NCBI GenBank assembly: GCA_963668315.1
Contig: OY764216.1
Coordinates: 896,001-960,000, forward strand
Reading direction: 5' to 3'
Length of the DNA stretch: 64,000 nt
Source of the DNA: Spirochaetia bacterium
GTDB taxonomy: Bacteria > Spirochaetota > Spirochaetia > DSM-2461
Positions 9,862 to 18,199 of this stretch are shown here, one piece after another. The position numbers and the translations under genes are program-made. Position 1 is the first letter of the stretch; each line of letters opens with the position of its first letter. The notes under the pieces were generated by a model, which saw only the letters and a program-made list of their open reading frames with translations, was not told the origin of the DNA and did not search any database.

Positions 9862-10857
9862 ATGAATACTTTACCCAGAAAAAGGTTGATCTATGCCCTG
9901 ACGGGCATGACATTGTTAACGGGATTCCTCCTTGCCCAGGGCGGAGGAGATAGTTCAGATGAAAGGACAAAAGAGGACTCTATGAGCAAAATACCGGAAG
10001 AAACAAAAAGTCTGCTCAACAGCAGGCTGACCGAGGAGCAATATAACGTCATTGAGCTGAAGGGTACCGAAAGGGCCTTCACCGGTGAGTATTACGATAA
10101 TCACGAAGAGGGTACCTATTTCTGCCGGCGCTGCCATGCGCCCCTTTACCGGTCGGCAGATAAATTCGATTCGGGATGCGGCTGGCCCAGCTTTGACGAC
10201 GAAATCGAGGGAGCCGTAACCAGGCGGACCGACGCGGACGGAAGGCGCACGGAGATCCTGTGCAGTACCTGCGGCGCCCACTTGGGGCACGTCTTCCTGG
10301 GCGAGGGTTTTACCGATAAGGACACGCGCCACTGCGTGAATTCCCTCTCCATGCGTTTTGTTCCCGCCGAAGGCGAAACGGGACGGGCCGTTTTTGCCGG
10401 GGGCTGCTTTTGGGGCGTGGAGTACTTCTTTCAGAACAAAGAAGGGGTGAAGGAGACCACCGTAGGTTATACGGGAGGGCATAAAGCCTATCCCACCTAT
10501 CAGGAAGTCTGCTATACCGACACGGGTCATGTGGAAGCCATGGAAGTGATCTACGATCCGAAAGTCGTTTCTTACAGGGAGCTGGCCATGCTGTTTTTTG
10601 AGATTCACGATCCTACCCAGACGAACGGGCAGGGCCCGGATCTGGGAGAGCAGTACCTTTCCAGGATATTCTACGAGAACCGCTCCCAGAAGGAGACCGC
10701 CGAGGAGCTGATAACCCTATTGGAGCAGAAGGGCTACGATGTGGCCACCGAAGTGGAAGAGGCGGCAGCTTTCTGGCCGGCGGAGGATTACCATCAGGAA
10801 TATTACGCCGGCAACGGGAAAGCCCCCTATTGCCACGGCTACACCAAGCGGTTCTAG
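9862..10857 (+). CDS. msrAB: Methionine sulfoxide reductase MsrB-MsrA fusion with N-terminal signal peptide
   Basis: MsrB motifs GTERAFTG, CRRC/CSTC, GCGWPSF and RHCVNS, followed by MsrA motifs GGCFWG, AEDYHQEY and PYCH. Confidence 0.95.
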   Translation: MNTLPRKRLIYALTGMTLLTGFLLAQGGGDSSDERTKEDSMSKIPEETKSLLNSRLTEEQYNVIELKGTERAFTGEYYDNHEEGTYFCRRCHAPLYRSADKFDSGCGWPSFDDEIEGAVTRRTDADGRRTEILCSTCGAHLGHVFLGEGFTDKDTRHCVNSLSMRFVPAEGETGRAVFAGGCFWGVEYFFQNKEGVKETTVGYTGGHKAYPTYQEVCYTDTGHVEAMEVIYDPKVVSYRELAMLFFEIHDPTQTNGQGPDLGEQYLSRIFYENRSQKETAEELITLLEQKGYDVATEVEEAAAFWPAEDYHQEYYAGNGKAPYCHGYTKRF

Positions 10858-10879
10858 GGGACCTTTCCTAAGAGAGAGG

Positions 10880-13189
10880 TTACTTCCTCTCTGATATCAT
10901 TCCCTTTTTTATCCTGATCCGGCGAGCGATACTCTCCTTAAGGCTCAGGATAGTGGGAAGATAAATCAGGCAGCCAATGGTCGTGTTGAACAGGGCAATG
11001 CTGATAAGAACGCCGAAGTAGCCGATGGGGCGGAAGGTGGAGAAGATCAGCAGGATAAGCCCCGCCATGATGGAGAGGCTCGTCAGAAAAATCGGTCTTC
11101 CCGTCAAAACCATGGTCCGGTGCAGGTTGCCGTCGTGCTTGTAGTGCAGGAGAAAGTGGATCGAGTCGTCCACGCCTATTCCTATGGAAACGCAGGAGAC
11201 CATGATCGTGGTCAGGTCCAGGGGAATGTTGAACAGTACCATGAGAACGAAATTCAAAAGGACTCCGGCGAACATGGGCACCAGTGAGAAAAATCCGTAC
11301 AGCAAGGATCTGAACGTATAGCTGGCCACGATAAAAATCAGGATAAAAGCCGTGAAGGTGGACAGGGCCAGATCCTTGGTCAGCTGATTGTAAAGGTCCT
11401 GGAAGAACATCCGGGGGCCCATGATGCGGTAGGTGACGCCTTCGGGGGTATATTCGTCCAGAACCGTTTCAATCTGCCCCAGAAGCTGGGGAACCCGGTC
11501 CTCGCCCATGGCCATTCCCGTTTCATGGTTGTAATAGCGGAACGTGATATTGAACCGCGTGTAATTCTCATCCACAAAGGAGTTGATCAGGTCGGCCGAT
11601 TCGGCGTCCCTCTGCCTGTAGGCGTTAAGGGCGCGGGAGAGGAAGAGAATCGGTCCCTTCGAGGAGGGAAAATCGGTGGTGCCCCGAGTTACCCGCTGGG
11701 CTTCCCGGACGAAGGTGTTGAAGGAGCGGGTACTGGAGATATCGCCCAGCTCGTTGAGTTTCAACTCTGCGTTATTGAGGGCTTCCAGGATGTCCCTGTC
11801 CAGAAAGGCGTTCTCCCTGTCCGATTCGAATACCACGACCAGCTCGCTGAAACCCTTCATCTTCTCCACAAGGTGATTCAGGTCCTTGATAACCACATCC
11901 TCCTGGGGAAAATAGGTGGCGTAGTCCGTGTTAACCTTCAGTTTGGGGTAGGAGATGACAAAGAGCACGGGAATGAGAAAGAACGTGAAAAGGATGATGA
12001 AACGGTGCTTTATGATGCGTCCCGTGAGGAATTTGATAATTCTGGTGATGATGCCTTCCTTGATTCCCGCCGTCTGATGAATCTGGGGATTTTTCATCAG
12101 GGAGAGGGCGCAGGGGAGCACCGTCATGGAAAGGAGGCTGCAGGAGAGGATCCCGAAGCTGGAGGCCAGGGCAAATTCCCTGAGCTGGGTAAGGGAGGTG
12201 ACCAGCAAGCTCAGAAAGCCGACGACCGTGGTAAGGGAGGCCAGGATGATCGTGGAGCTGACCGACGATACGGCGCCGGAGATCCACAGCTTATCATCGG
12301 TATCTACCGGGGCAAGGCGGAAGTAGCTGTTCAGGATATGGATGGTATAGGAACTTCCCAGGGTCAGAACCAGGGGGGGCACGACGATGCTGACTATCGA
12401 GATGGCGAATCCCAGGAGGGACATCAGGCCTATGGTCCACACCGTGCCGCAGATGATCACAACCACGGGGAGAAAAATCGACCTCTTGGAGCTGAATCCG
12501 AAGTAGTACACCACGAGAATCAGGATGATGCCCAGGGAGAGGAAGATCGATATATCCCGGGCCAGGTATTTTCCCGCCGACACTTCAAAGGGGGGATTTC
12601 CCGAGATGTAGACCGTGCTCATGGACTGGAGCGGTTCGAGGCAAGCCCTTATCTCCGTCATAAAGGCGGTGAAGTCGTTTACCTCGGCATATTCCAGCAG
12701 AATGAGGAACATGGTCCCGTCGCTGCTGATGAAGAGACCGTTCGTCAGAGCTCCCGAGGTGATCCTCTCCTTGAAGAGGCGCAGTTCCTCTTCGTCGGCC
12801 GGGGCCTTTCCCGAGTCGGTGGTATTGACGATATTGAAGAAGGCACCCTTTTTCTCAAAGGCGGCCTGGGTAAAGGGGGAGACAAGAGAGTCCACGCCCT
12901 CCACCCGAAGAAGGTTCCCGATCGATGTATCCAGGGTCTGCAGAAAGTTCAGCTCAAAGAGATTATCCCGCTCTATGCCCAGCACAAGATACTCGTTCTG
13001 GGGGATTCCCATTTCTATGAATTCCTCGACCAGGGCGTCCCTGTTGGGAAGAAGGCTGTCCGCATCGGCCCGGATCTGCACATGTACGGCATGCCAGCCC
13101 ATGAAAAGGGTAAAGAGGAGAGTCAGGGAAAGTACGACAAAACGGTGTTTTATAAGAATCGTTATTAATTTTTCAATTTTATTAATCAT
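10880..13189 (-). CDS. MMPL/RND family transporter
   Basis: Two repeats of 1 TM + large loop + 5 TM; SLTTVVGF and GIGVDDSIH motifs. Confidence 0.85.
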   Translation of the reverse strand: MINKIEKLITILIKHRFVVLSLTLLFTLFMGWHAVHVQIRADADSLLPNRDALVEEFIEMGIPQNEYLVLGIERDNLFELNFLQTLDTSIGNLLRVEGVDSLVSPFTQAAFEKKGAFFNIVNTTDSGKAPADEEELRLFKERITSGALTNGLFISSDGTMFLILLEYAEVNDFTAFMTEIRACLEPLQSMSTVYISGNPPFEVSAGKYLARDISIFLSLGIILILVVYYFGFSSKRSIFLPVVVIICGTVWTIGLMSLLGFAISIVSIVVPPLVLTLGSSYTIHILNSYFRLAPVDTDDKLWISGAVSSVSSTIILASLTTVVGFLSLLVTSLTQLREFALASSFGILSCSLLSMTVLPCALSLMKNPQIHQTAGIKEGIITRIIKFLTGRIIKHRFIILFTFFLIPVLFVISYPKLKVNTDYATYFPQEDVVIKDLNHLVEKMKGFSELVVVFESDRENAFLDRDILEALNNAELKLNELGDISSTRSFNTFVREAQRVTRGTTDFPSSKGPILFLSRALNAYRQRDAESADLINSFVDENYTRFNITFRYYNHETGMAMGEDRVPQLLGQIETVLDEYTPEGVTYRIMGPRMFFQDLYNQLTKDLALSTFTAFILIFIVASYTFRSLLYGFFSLVPMFAGVLLNFVLMVLFNIPLDLTTIMVSCVSIGIGVDDSIHFLLHYKHDGNLHRTMVLTGRPIFLTSLSIMAGLILLIFSTFRPIGYFGVLISIALFNTTIGCLIYLPTILSLKESIARRIRIKKGMISERK

Positions 13190-13353
13190 GAATAGAGGTC
13201 TCCGTCTCTATTCTTCGAATAGAAATTTTATCAGACATTGTGCTGCTATGATAATACAAAAAAATATTAAATACAATTCTACGGGCCCCGCCTTTCTTCA
13301 AGAGGGAGAGAACCTGCCGCCGCCGGTTTTTACGCCCGGGCTTCCTTCCGGGA

Positions 13354-14151
13354 CTACTTGTTTATCTCTTCCATGATGGTTGGGTAGAGGGACTTTGCGC
13401 AGCTGTCGCAGAGTCCGTGGCTGATTTCCGTGTTGGAGTGATTCCGGATGTACTCTTCCAGACCGATCCAGCTGCCGTCCTTTTCTCTGACCCTTTTGCA
13501 GGAGGCGCAGACAGGAAGATAACCGCTGAGGGTTTTCACTTCGCTCAGGGCTTTCTGCAGCTCCTCTGTCCTGGCAATCAGTCTGTTCCGATAGGTTTCG
13601 CGGTAGAAATCGAAAAGATGGGTGAAAAAACTGATGCTCATATAGGTCGTGAGGAATCGGATCATCGTTCCTGTTGAATAGGAGTAAATGAAGGGGAAGT
13701 CTGCAGGGTTAACGAAGAGGACAAGGAAGAAGAGCAGGACCAGTATATTCCAGATCCCTCCCTCCCTGCGGCCCAGGACAAAGTAGACGGCCAGGGGGTA
13801 GATATGCATCCACTGCATCTTGGAACCCGATTCTCCCCCTGTGGCGAACAAGTAAAGGAGGAGTATTCCGAAAAGTAAGGCGTTGACGCGAAAGAGGATT
13901 TTCAGATATTCCGTTTTGTCCAGCAGAGCCAGGCTTACGATCAGGGAAAGACAGAAAGGAAGATTGAATCCCGCCTGCCGGAACTGGCCCGAGACGATAA
14001 TGTCTCCTGCGCCGAACAGGATTAAAAGAGGGATACCGGACAGGGCCAGTATGACAAAATGCTGTTTGTTGATGTCATTGGTGGAGCTCAGATGCTCATG
14101 GAAAAATTTTTTAATACTTGTAATCATTTTTTTTAAATTCCGTCGGGACAT
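13354..14151 (-). CDS. Multi-TM membrane protein with C-terminal Cys4 (CxxC...HGxCxxC) domain
   Basis: About 6 TM segments, a coiled coil (EELQKALSEVKTL), then LPVCASCKRVR...SHGLCDSC. Confidence 0.75.
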   Translation of the reverse strand: MSRRNLKKMITSIKKFFHEHLSSTNDINKQHFVILALSGIPLLILFGAGDIIVSGQFRQAGFNLPFCLSLIVSLALLDKTEYLKILFRVNALLFGILLLYLFATGGESGSKMQWMHIYPLAVYFVLGRREGGIWNILVLLFFLVLFVNPADFPFIYSYSTGTMIRFLTTYMSISFFTHLFDFYRETYRNRLIARTEELQKALSEVKTLSGYLPVCASCKRVREKDGSWIGLEEYIRNHSNTEISHGLCDSCAKSLYPTIMEEINK

Positions 14152-14257
14152 TGAGTCCTTACAAAGAAGTATAACCCGATATAACCGTGAAAGCCAGAGT
14201 GAATATTCCGTTTCAGTTCTTTTTGTGGAATGGGGAAAATTGTATTATACTGAGAAC

Positions 14258-15163
14258 ATGAAGGCGGAAATTTACTACTTTTCCTCGACGGGCAATACTC
14301 TTCTTCTGGCCAGGGACGGGGCGGAGCGGCTGGGGGGAAGGCTCATCCCCATACCTTCATTCAAGTCCCATAGTTTTGTAAACAGCAGCGCCGATATCGT
14401 CGGCTTCTATTTCCCCGTGTATTATGCTTCCTATAACGAGCAGGGGATGCCCTATTTTGTCAGGGACTTCATCAAATCCTTCCACGGGCTTAAGAAGAAA
14501 TATGTCTTTGCCGTATGCACGCACAGCGGAAGTCCCGGGTTCACTCTGAAAAACCTTGATAACCTGCTCAAGAGCCAGGGGGCCCGTCTCTCGGCGGGGC
14601 TGAATGTGAAAATGGGGACTCCCTACCCTCTGGGCAGCCGGCTGGGGTACCGCTTTTTACAAACCCCCCTGGTTTTTTCGGAACAGCAGGAAAACGCCCG
14701 GCGATGGGAACTCCTGAGGCGTTACCGGGAAAGGGTCGCCGCAAAGCATTTTTTTGAGAAAATAGGACGTCTGGAAAAATGCCGGCTCCCCTATGAAAGC
14801 CCCGCGGCGGCTCTGGCCCGGGAAGGGGTCTTGAAACTGCGCCGGAAAGCCGCCCTGAAAAGATACCGTCTGCTCTCCCATTTCGGCGGGGATGACTTCA
14901 AGGAGATGACCCGCTTCTCTGACAGAAGCTTTACCGTCTCCGGCGATTGCACGGGATGCGGCCTCTGCGCCCAGATATGCCCGGTGGGGAATATCGAAAT
15001 GAAAGGGGGAAGGCCGGAGTGGCGCCATCAGTGCGAAAACTGTTTCGCCTGCTTTCAGTGGTGTCCCGTTAAGGCCATAGGCGGGGAAAATGTCGCTTTT
15101 GAGAAGCGGTATCACCAGCCGTCGGTTGATTTGAAGGATATACTTCTGGACGATTCGGTTTAG
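14258..15163 (+). CDS. EFR1-family flavodoxin/ferredoxin protein
   Basis: YFSSTGNT flavodoxin-like start plus CTGCGLCAQICP and CENCFACFQWCP 2x[4Fe-4S] motifs. Start reset to MKAEIYY. Confidence 0.85.
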   Translation: MKAEIYYFSSTGNTLLLARDGAERLGGRLIPIPSFKSHSFVNSSADIVGFYFPVYYASYNEQGMPYFVRDFIKSFHGLKKKYVFAVCTHSGSPGFTLKNLDNLLKSQGARLSAGLNVKMGTPYPLGSRLGYRFLQTPLVFSEQQENARRWELLRRYRERVAAKHFFEKIGRLEKCRLPYESPAAALAREGVLKLRRKAALKRYRLLSHFGGDDFKEMTRFSDRSFTVSGDCTGCGLCAQICPVGNIEMKGGRPEWRHQCENCFACFQWCPVKAIGGENVAFEKRYHQPSVDLKDILLDDSV

Positions 15164-15245
15164 CCCTGTGATAGACCGGGAGAACTCGACGTACGGAAGG
15201 AAAAGAGGATAGAATTATGCCATTGATGAGGACAGGAGAGAGATC

Positions 15246-15842
15246 ATGACGGAGAAGGCCTACCGCCTGTTGCCCGAGCAGTTTTATTTGAATGATGCGG
15301 ATACCCTGGCCCGGGAACTTCTGGGAAAGATTTTAAAGCGGACTTTTCCCGACGGATCGGTGGTTTCCGGCAGAATCTGCGAGACCGAAGCCTACAGCCA
15401 GGATGACCCGGCCTCCCACTCCTACGGGGGTATTACCGAGAGGAACCAGTCCATGTTCGGTCCGGGAGGCAGGGCTTACGTCTATGTGAGCTACGGGATA
15501 CACTGCTGTGTGAACTGTGTCGCCGGACCGGAAGGGGAGGGAAGCGCCGTCCTTATTCGCGGATTGTTTCCCCTGATCGGCCGGGAAAAGATGATTGCCC
15601 TGCGGGGCAGCGAGTGCTGGCCGGAGGAGAGGATCAAGCGGAGCCTTCTGAACGGTCCCGGCAAGATCGGCCAGGCCTTCGATCTGGATCTCTCCCTGAA
15701 CGGCCACTCCTTCTCCGAGGCGCCCCTGCAGATTCTGGATGACGGATGCGTCGTTTCCGAAGAGGAGCTGGGAATTACCCCGCGCATCGGCATAACCAAG
15801 GGAGCGGACCTTCTGAGGAGATATGTATGGGAGAGGAGATAG
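15246..15842 (+). CDS. DNA-3-methyladenine glycosylase (MPG/AAG family)
   Basis: ETEAY, DPASHS, YVYVSYGIH, NGPGK and PRIGI motifs. Confidence 0.92.
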   Translation: MTEKAYRLLPEQFYLNDADTLARELLGKILKRTFPDGSVVSGRICETEAYSQDDPASHSYGGITERNQSMFGPGGRAYVYVSYGIHCCVNCVAGPEGEGSAVLIRGLFPLIGREKMIALRGSECWPEERIKRSLLNGPGKIGQAFDLDLSLNGHSFSEAPLQILDDGCVVSEEELGITPRIGITKGADLLRRYVWERR

Positions 15843-16564
15843 GATCAAGCCTGGAGGGATTGACCGTTCTGGTGACGGGAGCTTCCCGGGGCATAGGAAG
15901 GGCCGTGGTCCTGATGCTGGCCCGGGAGGGGGCGCGCCTGATTCTGACCAGCCGGCCCGGTTCCCGGCTGGATGAGGCCGCCGCCGAAGCCCGGGCCCTG
16001 GGGGCGGATGTGACCGTGCTGCCCGCCGATTTTGCCGATATGGATAGCGTTTTCGCCCTGGCCGGTGAGGTGAAGGAGACCTTCGCCGCTCTGGATGTGC
16101 TCGTTAATAACGCCGGGCAGGCCCTGTCCGCCCCGATCGGGGAAACGGAAGTGGCCGACTGGGACCGGATTATGACGGTGAACGCCAAGGCTCCCTATTT
16201 TTTAACCCGGGAACTGCTCCCCCTTCTGGAGAAATCTTCGAAGAAGACGGTTGTGAATATCGCGTCGGTGGTGGGCCACGAGGGGTATCCCCTCCAGTCG
16301 GCCTACACGGCGAGCAAGCACGCCCTGACCGGGTTCAGCAAGTCCCTGGCCCGGGAGTTGCAGGACCGGGGCTACCGGATACACGTGCTCAGTCCCGGAG
16401 GCGTGGCGACCGAGATGGTGACCGGCGTGCGCCCCGATATCGATACCTCCGAGCTGATCCGGCCGGAGGAGATTGCCGAGTGGGTTCTCTTTCTCCTGAC
16501 CCGCAAGGGGAAGGGCATGGTGGACCATGTGAACATTCGCAGGGAGAGCCGCCAGCCCTGGTAG
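15827..16564 (+). CDS. Short-chain dehydrogenase/reductase
   Basis: TGASRGIG, NNAG and YTASK. ATG 15827 follows a GAGGAG SD and overlaps the glycosylase end. Confidence 0.9.
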   Translation: MGEEIGSSLEGLTVLVTGASRGIGRAVVLMLAREGARLILTSRPGSRLDEAAAEARALGADVTVLPADFADMDSVFALAGEVKETFAALDVLVNNAGQALSAPIGETEVADWDRIMTVNAKAPYFLTRELLPLLEKSSKKTVVNIASVVGHEGYPLQSAYTASKHALTGFSKSLARELQDRGYRIHVLSPGGVATEMVTGVRPDIDTSELIRPEEIAEWVLFLLTRKGKGMVDHVNIRRESRQPW

Positions 16565-16573
16565 GCCGCGGGA

Positions 16574-16664
16574 GGGATTGGAGGGGTGCCGCAGGCAGAC
16601 CCCGCAGGGCGGAGCCCGAGGAGGCCGTCAGCCCCGCAAAGCCCGGCCCCGGAGGGGCCCGCCC
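16574..16664. other. GC-rich multi-hairpin intergenic element (REP-like; possibly related to the Flavo-1 motif)
   Basis: Hairpins TGCC-GCA-GGCA, GGGC-GGA-GCCC and GGCCCC-GGA-GGGGCC, with GGGG/CCCC enclosing the first two. Lies between convergent genes. Confidence 0.55.
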
Positions 16665-16685
16665 GGGTTTTAAACCGGCATGGGG

Positions 16686-17216
16686 CTACTGTTTTGCATA
16701 GAGGGAGAGAGGGTTTGATCGGATGCCTTTTCGGGAGATTTTTATCTTGGCAAGGGGGAGGGCGGTTTCTTCCGTTCCGGCGGTCAGGCAAATCAGTTTT
16801 TCCCCTTTTGAGGATGTGAAGAGGAAGCGCTCTCCTTCGGCGATCGATATTGTCTTTTGGCCGTCAATGGCCTCTTCTAGTGAGGCGAAAAGGGATAGTT
16901 TCCTTATGGCATAGGGGTAAAGGTCTTCTTCTATTCTGTTTTCGAGAGGCAAACGGCCGAATCTCATTCTCTGAATTTTCATATAATCCGTGATGAATCG
17001 AAGCTCTTCGCCAACACTGACAAAGGGACGTCCGTCGTTTACATAGTAGATGACCCGGCTTAGGCCGATCAGCAGCTCCTCGAAGTCTTTATGACCGCCG
17101 CCGGATTTGAGTATCCTCCGGTAGTATCCCTGGATAAATGAAAGACATCCGTTTTCGAAGGAGGACACGGACAGGTCGAGCTTTTTTGCCCTTTTGTCGT
17201 TGACTATTCTTACCAT
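16686..17216 (-). CDS. Degenerate LytS/YesM-type histidine kinase core (pseudokinase or remnant)
   Basis: LSRVIYY...VSVGEELRFITDYMKIQRMRFG matches the family's central motif; H-box, N-box and G-boxes are not recognisable. Confidence 0.6.
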   Translation of the reverse strand: MVRIVNDKRAKKLDLSVSSFENGCLSFIQGYYRRILKSGGGHKDFEELLIGLSRVIYYVNDGRPFVSVGEELRFITDYMKIQRMRFGRLPLENRIEEDLYPYAIRKLSLFASLEEAIDGQKTISIAEGERFLFTSSKGEKLICLTAGTEETALPLAKIKISRKGIRSNPLSLYAKQ

Positions 17217-17287
17217 ATAAAGAAATTATCCGGCTGATTCCTGAGTTTGTCATTGAGGATAATGCCATCGGTTATTATAATAAGGAC

Positions 17288-18190
17288 ATGAAAGCGGATA
17301 TTTCCCCGGCGAAGAAGTACTATAGGCATGACTTTTTTATCAATAGGGAGCTTCCTCTGAGCATCCTGCATATGGACAGGACCATCGAGTATCCCCTTCA
17401 TTCCCATGAATTTTGCGAGCTGGTTTTGATATATTCGGGCGTTGGAACCCATTTCTGCGACGAAAAGGTTTCTGAGGTTCGGCCGGGAGATGTTCTGTTT
17501 ATTCCGATTGGAAAGGAGCACTCCTACTCGAATATAGACAGCCTGTCCTATGTGAACATTGTTTTTGATGAGAGTCTGGTTGAACGGGACCTATTATGTA
17601 CGGATGTTTTCCTGCATATTCATCTGTCCGAATTTGAAATGTCCGGCCTCCTTGATATGGTTAAGCGGATGGACAAGGAGATTTACAGGAAAATGCCCCG
17701 GTTTGATCTATACTGCCGGTCTTTGTTTACAATCTTTTTAATCGGCATAAACAGGGCGGTCGGCCAATCCGTACAACCCGGGGATACCGATGCCGGCTCA
17801 AGGGTAAAAAACGTCACCCGTATCGTCACGGATAATTTGTCAAATGGCTATACTTTGATAAAACTGGCGGAAATGGCCCATATGAGCCCTAGGCATTTTT
17901 CCCGGGTTTTCAGAAATTTGTACGGAACAACCGTCTTCCACTACATTAATCAATCCAGGATAAAGGAGTCTCTTGAACTATTGGCGGGAACGGAGATGAC
18001 CGTGACGCAGATCGCTTTTCTTGTCGGCTTTGACGATTCCAGCTACTATTCGGTCATGTTCAGAAAGATCATGGGCATGTCTCCCTCCGAGTTCAGGAGT
18101 AAGGGCGGCGACCCGCCCGAGGACTGGAAAAAAAACCGGCAATATTCTATAATTCATAACTCGCAAGAAATCAATTTAACCAAGAATTAA
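17288..18190 (+). CDS. AraC family regulator (cupin + double HTH)
   Basis: LHSHEFCELV cupin; IAFLVGFDDSSYYSVMFRKIMGMSP HTH. Confidence 0.9.
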   Translation: MKADISPAKKYYRHDFFINRELPLSILHMDRTIEYPLHSHEFCELVLIYSGVGTHFCDEKVSEVRPGDVLFIPIGKEHSYSNIDSLSYVNIVFDESLVERDLLCTDVFLHIHLSEFEMSGLLDMVKRMDKEIYRKMPRFDLYCRSLFTIFLIGINRAVGQSVQPGDTDAGSRVKNVTRIVTDNLSNGYTLIKLAEMAHMSPRHFSRVFRNLYGTTVFHYINQSRIKESLELLAGTEMTVTQIAFLVGFDDSSYYSVMFRKIMGMSPSEFRSKGGDPPEDWKKNRQYSIIHNSQEINLTKN

Positions 18191-18199
18191 GAGGTTACC

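Noticed and set aside
13883..14257. 125-aa N-terminal extension of the EFR1 ORF
   Set aside because: It overlaps the divergent gene; the family motif and promoter both point to ATG 14258.
16372..16819. Short Pro/Arg/Gly-rich ORFs across the hairpin element
   Set aside because: They are translations of GC-rich palindromic DNA and overlap real genes.
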